64,000 nt of DNA. It comes from Vermamoeba vermiformis (Eukaryota). The position numbers were made by a program, and so were the translations under genes. Position 1 is the first letter of the stretch; each line of letters starts with the position of its first letter. The stretch spans positions 1 to 64,000 of the forward strand of contig JBEWZL010000027.1 of the NCBI GenBank assembly GCA_045837725.1. Direction: 5' to 3'. The notes beneath the pieces were generated by a model that was not told where the DNA came from, searched no databases, and worked only from the letters and a program-made list of their open reading frames with translations. Positions 22,003-33,849 of the stretch are shown in pieces.

Positions 22003-25000
22003 ATGGATTTGCGGCAGTTTGTTGGGCCTGGTGGTGAGAAGGGCAGCGAGTCCCGATCAGCCAATCCCATCTTAAATATGGTTGATATGTTTACTTCTGA
22101 TAAAGCACAGCATATGGTACGGTTATTTGACGTTAACAGATGACTATTTTTATTTCATAAACAATTAGATCTGTTTTGTGAAATTTGAAAAATGCCCAAT
22201 TACTCCGAATAATATGACTCTCGTGTGCATTTATTTTTACTTATATATTATGCGTATTAATGGATATTTAATCGTGTAGGAAAAATGGGATCAAGGACCT
22301 CCACCAGAAATGATGTTACGCAATAGCAACAATAATATTAACGATAGAAATCAACAACAGGTAAATAATTTTTATTCGTAATAACGAAATTACGCGTCAC
22401 AGCACTTTTTTAACTTGCCAATCTGACGCTTCAGATCCCAACTTATTTTATTTCCGTTTCTTTTCCAAATTTCTGCCTAAAAAGAGTACTACTATATTTC
22501 TATAATTATACTAGCGGATTCGCATAAGTCAGTAATTTTTCTAATGAAGCAATGTCATTAGGTTCGAAATTTTATGAACCCGCGTGAACTCGACAGATTT
22601 GATGAATTAGACATTCCTGGCGTAGGACCTCATGAATACGACCCTTTGCATATGCCTGGTACGTATTGCAAATATTTCTGTGCCAAAATTTGTGTCGAAA
22701 AATACGCGCGTGACACGCAGTTATAAAACATGTGGTATTGTTGCTAAATTAGGAAATTTGATTAGGACCCGGCCCAATGATGCACCAGCCGGGACCAATG
22801 GGAATGTATCGACCTCAAGGACCTCGCGGTTATGGACCCGTAAGTAGAGTTTGTCCAAAAGACACGCACTCAAAATGCCAAATTTACATTTCTACCGCAA
22901 GAAATTAGCTAAAAAATTAATTTAAAATTAATGATAGATTAAAGGACACAATTTTTGAGCGGTTTAATGAATTAAACAACGATTTTAATGAACATTTTTT
23001 GCTAGGACGTGATGGGTCCCATGAATATGCCTCATGGCGAAAAGCAAATGGGCGGTCGACCTTATATGCCTAGTACGTACATTATACCTTAATGTGGTCC
23101 AGTAGCTAATTATTAATGCGATTTTCAGATCCACAATTTTTGGATTCGCAAATGGCCAACATGATGGGCAAAATGCGTATTGCGGACGAGCATAAAGGAT
23201 GGATCGATGAATACGATAAAATAGCGCATGAAGAACGAATGCCTAAAGAGTTTGAGGAGTTTGAACGAATTTACCAAGAACGACCAATGCACCGACCTCC
23301 GCCAATGAATAATAATATGATGATGCATCGACCACCGCCACAAGGATGGCTCGAAGAATTTGAGAACAGAGAGTTTGATGAGATTTATGAGAAAGGAGGT
23401 GAGTTTAGAATTCGCATTGCCTTTTTAGGAAATTATGATTTGAAGCTCGTAGCTGTTACACGAGCTTTGAACACATTACGAAATCATATCATAGCAAATT
23501 TATATCGTGTAATACGATGCTTTATTAAATTACATTATCTCTTTTGCGAAAAATTATGCTTGAAGCTGGATCTGGTATTGGAACGTACTAAATTTGGTTT
23601 GTAGCACAAGGCAAACAATGGGTCGAAGAATTCCACGATGAAAGACGAGCACCTATGTGGAACCAAGATATTAGAGGCATGACTGCTCGTGCTGTGAGCC
23701 AACTTAATGACCCGAAGATGCGCAATTCAAACTTTGTCCAGTTGTTGAATAAGATCAGGTAAATACGATTAATATATCAAAATAAATACGGTGGGTACTA
23801 ATTGGTAATATTTAGCACTGGTGAAGTTCAAATTGACGAGAATAAGCAAACTATTGTAGAGACCCCTCAAAGTGAGCGATGGGCCAATGAATTCGATACT
23901 TTTGAGTACGTAAATGCATAATATGTAAATATATTACTCGTATACTCAAACTGTATATTGTTTAGCGGTGGCAACAACAACAAGGCGGATGGGTTAACGA
24001 GTTTGAAAATTTCGATGAGCCAAAGCAATGGGTCGAAGATTTTGAGAAATTCGATATGAACGATCCTCAATGGGTCAACGACTTCACTGGCTCAGCGACT
24101 GAAGAGTGGATCAAGCAGTACCAAGAAATTATGAAAAATAATGGATTCTTAGAGCAGCCTGAGTATCAATTCCAGCAAGAAAATCCGTTTATGAACCATC
24201 CTGCACCATTTGAGAAGGGCATGGAATTGTTTAAGTAAGTCTTACTAAGTTTGAGTAATTTGTAACGGATCCGATCGGGCATTCGAATCGTTCTATCTTA
24301 TTTAATGCTCTGCTTAACGATAGAAAATACTGCGAAAATAGCCGCATATATAGTACTAATATTTGATATTATTTTAGCCGAGGAGACATTCCTGAAGCGA
24401 TCTTGTGTTTCGAAGCAGCAGTTCAACGTGACGAGAAGCACGTGCGAGCATGGCAGTTCTTGGGCCGAGCGCAAGCTGAAAATGATAAGGACGACTTGGC
24501 TATTGCTGCTTTGAACGGTGCTATCAAAGCCGATCCTGGAAACTTGGATGCGCTACTGAATCTGTCCGTTTCTTATACCAACGACTTCCATAAGGACAAA
24601 GCATTGGATACATTGGTACAATGGATGCAATATAATCCTCAATACCGCGAAGTATTTTTGAAGTTCCCTCCGTTCGATCTCAACGAAGACTTTGAAGCCA
24701 ACCACCGCTTGGTTACTGATATGTTTATTGAGGTAAGAAAATAATATAATACCAAATATAATATATAATATATAGAAGCACGACTAATCCTTAATTTGAA
24801 TATTAGGCTGCAAGATTGCGACCTCAAGATCCCGATCCAGATGTTCAAACTGGTTTGGGCTTGTTGTTCAATTTGAGCGCTGATTATGACCGCGCGATCG
24901 ATTGCTTCAAAGCTGCATTGATCAAGCACCCTGATGATTACCTGTTGTGGAACAAGCTTGGTGCTACACAAGTAAGTTAAGAATTTTTTCGAACTCGGTC

Positions 25001-25440
25001 TTACTTTTGTTTATTTTCTACTTAATTAATCGGTGGGCCAATATAATTTGATATATTTTGATTGTTAACTGGAATTAAATCTTGTTGGTTTTTTGTTTTG
25101 GATGCGGATGATGAATTTTGCTCGAAGAAATTTCAGCTACTAACGATTACTTTATTAGGCTAATAGCGCTAAGAGTGCCGAAGCAGTCGAGGCATACTTC
25201 AGAGCCTTAGAAATCAAGCCTACGTACACACGAGCCCGCGCTAACTTGGGCATTGCTTATTTGTCGCTGAAAGACTATGTAGAGGCTGCTAAAAGCTTCT
25301 TAGGCGCAGTGAGCATTAATCCAGCGAAGCATTTGTGGGATAATCTTCGAACAGTATTCTCGATGATGAGCAGACCTGATCTCGTCGAACTATGTAATTT
25401 ACAAGACGTGGATATGTTTAGAGGCGAGTTTGCGTTCTAG
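22003..25440 (+). CDS. PEX5: PTS1 receptor PEX5, multi-exon
   Basis: About 8 WxxxF/Y motifs (WIDEY, WLEEF, WVEEF, WANEF, WVNEF, WVEDF, WVNDF, WIKQY), a PEX7-binding-like segment [30 protein letters not shown], and a TPR domain containing [12 protein letters not shown]. Confidence 0.95.
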
Positions 25441-25528
25441 CGCTATCATTTTGTTAATAATAAATGCTATTGAAGCAGCTAAATATCATGAAACTTTATT
25501 TGTAGTTACTTCATTAAGTTAATTGTGG

Positions 25529-26750
25529 TTATCCCTTTGGCGCGTACGAATTGTCCTCAGCTACCTTAAGCTCTCTAGCGACAAAATCTTTCAACGCTCT
25601 GTTCTGTCTAAGATTTAAGTTCCAATAGTAGACTGGGCTATTGATAGGCTTTCCTTTCTCGGGAGATAATTGATACGGGTAGTAGAGGGCATAATTGTCA
25701 ACTTTGACCAGCGCGTATGACATGTGCAAGGGGCACAGCATAATCGTCGCTCCAGTTAGAGATTGAGCAATCTTCAGACAACTGCGCATTGCCTTTTCGG
25801 CGTCTGTTTCTTCTGTCCATTCTTTTCGTCTTTTCAGTCGGTCATAAACTACTAGACGCTGCAACGCGTTATCGGGATCGGCCAAAATGAGTTTAACCTT
25901 GCCACCTGCCTTGATGACGTTTTGAAGATCTGGTAGCATATCCAATAGCCAGCTTTTTCCGTAGTCAAGATAAACAATAACTTCCTGTCTATCACGGATA
26001 AAATCGCTCCAAATCAAATCTTGAAACTGGTGAAAAATGTGGGTTTCTGATAAAGCTGGTTAGTTAAAGCACTTCTGAATGTTAATCCTCGTACCTATAT
26101 TGTCCCATGATCGAGGATGGTGCTCAGAAAGATCAAAGGCTACTTGAATCTTTTCCATTAGTTTGTCCCAGTCAATAGGTGACGCAGGATCGTTGCCATC
26201 GCTGTTAACCCACCAGGTGCGGTCCACTAACTGTGAAAAATTTGAGACATTACAAAACTGATTTGGTAACACGCAAAACCACGAAAATGCTTTCGATTTT
26301 GGCCACAAGCTTTAAAACTTTTCTTATTGACAGCATAAGAAGCAGATACAAGCAGAAAACCTTGAGGTAGCCTACGTTCGGTTTTCGGTGCCCGCACAGC
26401 CGCTGGAATTCTTTGTCAACAGTGGTTGAGCTGTTGTTGAAGAATTTTCCAACAGCATCACTGTATGTATATGTTTCTGACCCAGTGCAGTCGCGATCCA
26501 AGCGCCATCTCTTCACCAACTCGCTGCACGGCGGAATACCTGACGAGATGCTGCAACCTGCTCCGAGGAAAAACGTGTATGTGGGAGGGTTCTTCTTATT
26601 CTCCATGTTTACAAGCTCCTGAACGAAGTCGTCCACGGACATTTTCTTTTCTTTCGGCCAGACGGTGCCATTTTTTCTGGATGTCGTGCTATACAACTTC
26701 CGTTGTGGAAGCTGCAGTATCGCTACAGCTTGTCGCAGCGTACGATGCAT
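25529..26750 (-). CDS. Truncated SIR2-like domain fused to a PLD-fold-like (DUF5919-like) domain, 3 exons
   Basis: FFLGAGCSISSGIP and PNVGY resemble prokaryotic SIR2_2-type domains. The C-terminal KVKLILADPD...YALVKVDNYALYYPY...SPV resembles PLD-fold DUF5919. Exons join GYLK|LVDRTW...WDNI|ALSETH. Confidence 0.55.
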
Positions 26751-27219
26751 GTTAAGGAAATAGAATAAAATAATGGATGTTTTCGGTTTTGTCGTCGTTT
26801 CGTGGTGGAAAAACTCATCAACAATCTTTATGACTTTGAGATTTAATGGCCTGCTAAGGTGTCAATCGAGAATGTGCGGAGATAATTGAACGATGCAATT
26901 TTATTTTCTGACGTTAAGCTTGTTGAATGGATACATCAAACATTAGTATCAGGCAAAAAAAAGTGTATCCGTCGACGAAAAAAAACAGATGAGGAGGATA
27001 CACTTATTTTCATAAACATGTTCAAGCCATCATGATTTGATATGACTCCATTTTGCGTACATACTCCCTCAAACGGGCGTAAAAATTCTGCGACGAATTT
27101 CGAATTTATGTTTTTTCGCTTTCGCCAACTTTTTTGGCTATTGTAAAATCTGGATAATCGATGCAATGCAATACAGCGACAACGAAAACGTATTTCCTTC
27201 CAACAAACCATTGCTTGAT

Positions 27220-29227
27220 ATGTCCTCAACAAGCGAGGTGCGTAAAATGAAAATTGGATGCGTTTCATTTCAAAATCTTTTATTTTAAATACCGCACGCG
27301 TTTATACGTAATTTTATTCACGTCAAATTAGGATTAAATAATTGGTTTGGTCTGTTCATTTTTTTGAAAAGGAACTTCAAGTGCTGGATCACACGAACGT
27401 GGAATGCGAAGAAAAGAGTGAAGATCAAGAGGAATATTTTGATCCTAAATTAATACCAGTGAATCATACATTAGATAACGAATACAACAAAAATTTATCG
27501 TTACGCAGCGGATTAAGAAGATGCAACCACCCGCACAGACCTGATTTCGATCAAATAATAATTGAAGATGGCTTGACATACAATATGGACGATAAAGGCA
27601 ATCCTTATTGGGGCGAAGGCATTTATTATCAGCTCAGCGAACCGTTAATGAAAAATATCAAAGAAGCCACGCAGGAACTTCATAATTTATGCATGAAAGC
27701 ACTCGATAGTATTGTGGCTAAGGATGAATATTTAACAGCGTTGCGGATCCCTAGCAAATTTTGGCCTTTGTTGAGAAAATCTTGGAACCGAAAAGATCCA
27801 CATTTGTACGGTAGATTTGACTTGGGCTTATCACCAGACATCAATATACCACCTAAACTATTCGAATATAACGCCGATACACCTACTGCGTTGTTAGAAA
27901 GCTCGGATATTCAAGAACGGTGGATGAAGGGCGTGATCGGACCGAACCGCAAACAATTCAACGAACTGAAGCAGAATTTGGTCAGCAGATGGGCAGAAAT
28001 TAAGCCTATATTGTTAAAGAGGCTAGGAGGATGGTTCAGATGGAACGTCAAAGTTCACTTTACTGGAGTGCCCGATCCAGAAGATCTCGCAACGATCAAC
28101 GTTTTAAAATCTACCGCAGAGACTGCAGGTAACGTTAACATACTAATGAGTGTTCATAACCCTATCTTAGAGAATAATTCGGAATTACGTCGATGCGCAT
28201 TAATTTATTTTGTATTTTGAACCATGTCGACGCATTTTTTTCATTAGTTCGTCAATTATTATTAGTTTGTTAAAGCTGCGCTACGCGTTGGAAATTTCGC
28301 GTTTTTTGGCAGAATAAAGTTGATAATTTTTTTTTTGTCCTTGTCGCGTACTGACTTGCCGTGCAGTTAGCATAAGATAACTACTAACCTCATATTATTA
28401 TTTAGGTATTCAAACAGACTTCTTGGCGATATCGGACCTCGGTTGGAACGACCATTATTTTGTGGACTTGAACGACAAGAAGATCGAGGTACTGTTCAAG
28501 TTGTATCCGTGGGAATGGCTCGTTATCGAAGAATTCTCTGATTTCTTGTTAGAAGATACTACTATACTCATCGTAAGTACTACCTACAGCCGCCGAATGA
28601 TTGAAATTTGGATGCGATCCGGATTGCGATTAACCGTAAATTGTCTTCGTAGGAGCCAATCTGGAAAATGATACTAAGTAACAAAGCGGTGTTACCTATA
28701 TTATGGGAGCTATTTCCTAACCATCCGAACTTATTGCCCGCGTACTTTAATGAAGAAGACGCGAAGAAGCATCTGTCTGCGCAGGGCTACGTGAAGAAGC
28801 CTATTTTCGGTAAATATGATGTATTCATAAACGATGGTATATTAATGGTTCATCTATATAGGTCGTGAGGGCGCAAACGTTACAATCGTAACGGATGGAA
28901 AAGAGGAGTACTCATCCGAAGGTAAATTTGTGTAACACGGAACAATAGAAAATTTATATTAATGCCAATAATTATAATATAGGACAATACGGAGAAGAAG
29001 GATTCATTTACCAAGAATTCTTGCAAGTCCCGCAATTCGAGACGGAGAAAGGAAAATGGAGCGTGGTCGTTGGATCTTGGGTTATTGGCGACAAACCCTC
29101 GGGAATATGCCTAAGAGAAAGTAGTACTGCAGTTACGACTAATACGAGCGTATTCTGTTGTCATGTGATTCAATCTAAAGCTCCATCTGATTCTGAAAAC
29201 AAAACGAATGAACATTTACCCGTTTGA
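27220..29227 (+). CDS. Glutathionylspermidine synthase-like (YgiC/YjfC) ATP-grasp ligase, multi-exon
   Basis: [73 protein letters not shown] and CLRES. Confidence 0.9.
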
Positions 29228-29599
29228 TTCAGTTTACTATTCTCTCTTCGGATTGAAAGGTAAGCAATAAGGAACCTTAATATTCATGCCAAATTAATAA
29301 ATTTAACAGTTTTCGTAACGACATCCATCGGATCCATGAATCAAGCAATTGTCTCGAAAATGGGTTAAAAGGAAGATCTTAGTGTTGCTAGTCGTTTGAA
29401 GGTGAATATAAATATTTGGCACTTCAGCGAAGACTCTAGAATGCATTTTTACCAAAAAAGGAAAACGTTCGGTCTTTTTCATGTCGATAAAACGGAGGCA
29501 AAAAATCGAGGACGTATCTGGCGACAATCACGTGAATGCACGTCAGTTCCCTCTCTATCGTAAATAAGAAGACCACATCTCATTATTTATTTCAAACAG

Positions 29600-31321
29600 A
29601 TGTGCAACGAAACGATCTCGTGTTATGGCGGACTGTGCCAAAATGGCGCGTGCAACTGTTTTCCAATCTGGACTGGCGAATTATGCGACACGAACGTATT
29701 AACAACAGACGAGACGATGTACAAATTTTTCTGGGGCTACTTGTGGTCGATCCTTATCATTTTTGCACTGATCACGATTGCCGCACTTTTGCAACTGGCG
29801 TTACTTATTGTGGACTCTGTTAAGTATGGCAGACGCATTAATAACGTGAAGATTGTGCTATTTGCATTAATAGCTGCTATCGGCATTAGTAAGTCAACGA
29901 TATTTTTGAAATTCGAAATTCGAATTTACACGAAAATCAATACGCATTATATTTAACTAGATACGTAGATAATAATGACATCTCCTGATTTCGATTTTAT
30001 GCATTTTGAAGTCCTTTTTATTTGAGTTTACAAGGATCTACGACCGTTTTTACGAGCCGTTCGTTTTAACTATTGCAAATTCTTTTAAAATACGGTGAAT
30101 ATATCGTTAGTTATTTAATTAATAAATTGCTTCCCGAACCTCGAACTTGCAGAAGGGATCCCTTTCACAAGATTTACTTTTTATTTTATAGTTAGAATAA
30201 TTTGGGCGAGCTTAGACCCTCATAAGTACTACATGAGTATCCCTCTAGGTATGAGCGATTGTTGTTTTTGACAGACATGTCAAATAATTCCCTTTTTTAA
30301 CTTCTCTCTTTTAGTTGCCGAAGGATTGCTCAATCAATTCACTTATTGGGGAATAGTAACTTTATACGCCGTTATTTTACTACTATGGTAAGCAATGTTC
30401 ACTTAATTAATTACTAAAAGGAAACGATTTGCTGCTCTCGGATCCAAATTGTCTATTTTTGGCTCGATCTCGGATCTAATTCGCGAATTGAATTGAATAG
30501 GTTTAGAGTGTATCTGGCCTCTAGATTTTCCAACAAAAATGTCGCGCGATTCAGAATGGCCACAATAGCGCTAGTCGTCTACTTCTTCTGCGTTTACGTT
30601 GTTTTTGAATGCGCACAAGTTTACTTTACGAACAGATCTGCAGAGTAAGTCGATTTTAACGTTAATGGACTTCAGATCGCGTATTAATAAGCAATAATAT
30701 GGTAGATTAGCGATTGCCGGAGTTTATGCGGTATCGTTGATAGTCATGACAATCGGTGGCTCGATCTGGTTCCTCGTGTTTGGCGGAAGAATCTTAAAGA
30801 CTATGAAGGTTCATAAGGATCTGCCTAAGAGAGATAAGGCAGTACGCAAGGTACGTCAGCATGCAATATAATACGAATTCAGAGACATTTTTTTGTCGTG
30901 GATCAAGTTCCCTGAATTTTATTTGGATTGTGTACTTAAAAGCCACTTAAAATAATTATATATAGACTAAGACATATATAGTAATATTTTTTGAATTTTG
31001 CAGGTCTCCGTATTTGTGCGTGGAGTTAGTATTTCGACGATTGTTACTTTCACCATTCTGGCAATTCTGATCCCGCTCAACTTCCTCCAGTTTCAGAGTA
31101 CTGTCTTAGTATTCATAATATCCAATCTATTACAACGCTTGGTGCAAGCTGGATTTTGCATCTTTATACTCCTTTTTTACCGATCGAAATACCTACGATC
31201 AGGTTCAGATGCGAGTGGTTCATCGCTCAAGACCTCAAATTCAGTGCCTTTTACAGCTAGTGTTGGTAGTCGGCAAAGTGCACGATCAGCACAAAGCGAG
31301 AAGGATGATGAAGTCGCTTGA
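29600..31321 (+). CDS. EGF-like domain + 7-TM (GPCR-like) membrane protein, paralog A
   Basis: N-terminal CYGGLCQNGACNCFPIWTGELCD followed by about seven hydrophobic segments across GT-AG exons and a Ser-rich tail. Confidence 0.75.
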
Positions 31322-31953
31322 ACAAACGAGCATCCGAGATCAATGTTGGCTATTGGATCGGCCATAGTCAAACCCGTTATTAAGTACGTATTTTAGTTAT
31401 AATTTTGCTTCGGATAAAATCTATGGCAAATCTATAATCTAGATTATATTCCAAATATGGTAAAGGCGCTGCATTTGTCTAATAAACTTTTCATAGGGAT
31501 CCTGCCCGGAAGCAAAGCAATTGAAACCAAGTCTAATATCGAGGCGAGATTAAAGAGGATTACGCTCTTTAGTATCGTTCGAAGTAGTGGGTTCCACCTT
31601 ACACGTGCAGCTGGATGTATCTCGAATGTATCTCGCTTGAAATCTGCAGTAAATACGTGATGTAATTTAACCGCGTATTGTTCGACTTCAGAGAAGTGCA
31701 TTATCGCACGTAGGTAACTTGAAAATCGCAAGATCTGATCGCGAACGATTTCGAATCATCGTTGTGAGTTAAGATAATGACATGACGACTATTACTTCTA
31801 TGTTGAGTACCAATATTACGTTTGCCAACGTTGCGCTATTCTCGTCTTTCAAACTTTGGATCGTAATCGTTCCACATTCCAAATATGGAATAGACCTGCA
31901 ACAGCACCTATGTTTTTTCCGGTCCAGTGAATTATTGCGTTGCAATTAACAAG

Positions 31954-33636
31954 ATGAACACGACTGCGGTGTGCAGCGATGCTGTACCTTGTTTTGGAGG
32001 CACGTGCGTTGGTGGATCGTGCGTCTGTTTCAGCTTATGGAGTGGCGAATTATGCGAAGATAATGTATTGCAAAACGACACAGCGATGTATGATTATTTT
32101 TGGGCCTATTTGTGGATGACGCTGGTTGTTTTTGCCTTGATCGCAGTTGCTGCAATTATCCAGCTCGTGTTTGTAATCGTAGAAAGTCAACGACAGGCTA
32201 GACGACCCAACTCAGTCAAAATATTGCTATTCTCGTTAATAGCTCTCATTGGAATAAGTAAGTGCCCGCGTTAATTAAATTGATCTGAAGACTTATCAAA
32301 ATATACTCATTTAGCAGCAATACCAATTCTAATTAATTGAATGCAAAGATCGCAAGTTTTATAATTCATCATTATTAACTATCTTCGTCCTACCTTTTCG
32401 AAATGAATTTCGGATTCAATGGATTCAAAAACATTCCTCATTTATTTAACAATACCTCATAATTGCTTCCTAAAATTAATCCATAATAATGATTTGTTCA
32501 CGAATATTTTGTTACACTGTCAACCGGCGAAATTGTGCACAAAAAAATCTACGACAAAACTGATCTCTAACCAATTTCTATTAGTTCGAGTCATTTGGGC
32601 CAGTCTAGATCCTCATAGATACTATATGTCTATTCCTCCAGGTAATTAATACCGTTCGCCTATTCGTAACAACTTTCTTTGCACGATCCGATCGAAAAAT
32701 CTGAAATTCCATTTATTGCAGCATTAGAAGGAGTTCTCAACGGCTTTACATATTGGGGCGTTTTAGCGCTTTATGCCATAGTTCTGTTACTTTGGTAAGT
32801 TAACATTTCGTTGCGCAATTTTTACCATAAAAGGAAAGATTAACTTTACTAACCGGATTCGCTCCTCTATGTAGGTTTAGAGTCTATATGGCCTCTAGAT
32901 TTGCCAAGAAGAAGGTCATCAGAGTACGCAGTGCTATTATTGCAATGACTGCTTATTTCTTCTGCGTCTACATCGTTTTTGAATTATCCGTACCTCTGTT
33001 TCATTCAAGACCAGCTCAGTAAGTACAATTGTACTATAGTATTGTTAATATAATGTTTTAAAACGCTTGATTCAATTTCAACCATGCGAATTGCGTTTTT
33101 ATTTTTGGATGTCGGCAACAAGTCAGTAACTTTTGCTTTAAATAGACTTGCAATGGCTGGAATCTATGCGTCATCTTTCATCATATTAACCATAGGTGGT
33201 TCTATTTGGTTCTTAGTGTTTGGTGGCAAGATCTTGAAGACGATGAAAGTTCACAAAGATCTGCCCAGGCGAGATAAAGCCGTTCGACGAGTAAGCATGA
33301 ATGGACAACATAATACCAGTACTAATATATATTTTTCTGTAGTTATCGAGATTTGTCCGCGGTGCGAGCATTTCGATAATTGTAACGGTCGTGATCTTGA
33401 CTATTATGATTGCTATCAACTTTGTTTCATCATTTGGCGGTACAGTACTGTTTATTACCTCGAATTTAATCCAAAGAATGGTACAAGCTGGATTTTGCAT
33501 CTTTTTGTTGGCTTGGTACCGAAGCAAGTTGATCCGATCCAAGTCTGAAGGCAGCTCTTCGTTTAAGACATCAACATCTGTTCCTAACATGAATAGCACT
33601 AATTCATTACAAATGTCGCCGAGAGAAGATGCTTAA
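31954..33636 (+). CDS. EGF-like domain + 7-TM membrane protein, paralog B
   Basis: CFGGTCVGGSCVCFSLWSGELCE. Shares WASLDPHxYYMSIP, GGSIWFLVFGG, KTMKVHKDLP and QAGFCIF, and the same intron positions, with paralog A. Confidence 0.75.
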
Positions 33637-33849
33637 AACCGAAGCACATCCGGTCGAAGCTTCGAAAGGCGAAAACAATTTTGAACGTTATCTGCAAGAT
33701 AATCAGCTTTATGTATTTGTAAATATTAAATGTTTTTTCAATTTATCCGGCGCGTCGAATTTCTTCGTCCGCCAGCCGGATTCAAAAACAAGGTACGTCC
33801 AGACGCATCGGATATACCGCACTATAGCTTTAATGTGCTTTTATTGTTA

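Noticed and set aside
31444-31731. 95-aa minus-strand ORF between the EGF-7TM paralogs
   Set aside because: Non-ATG start, no recognisable domain and no supporting splice structure.
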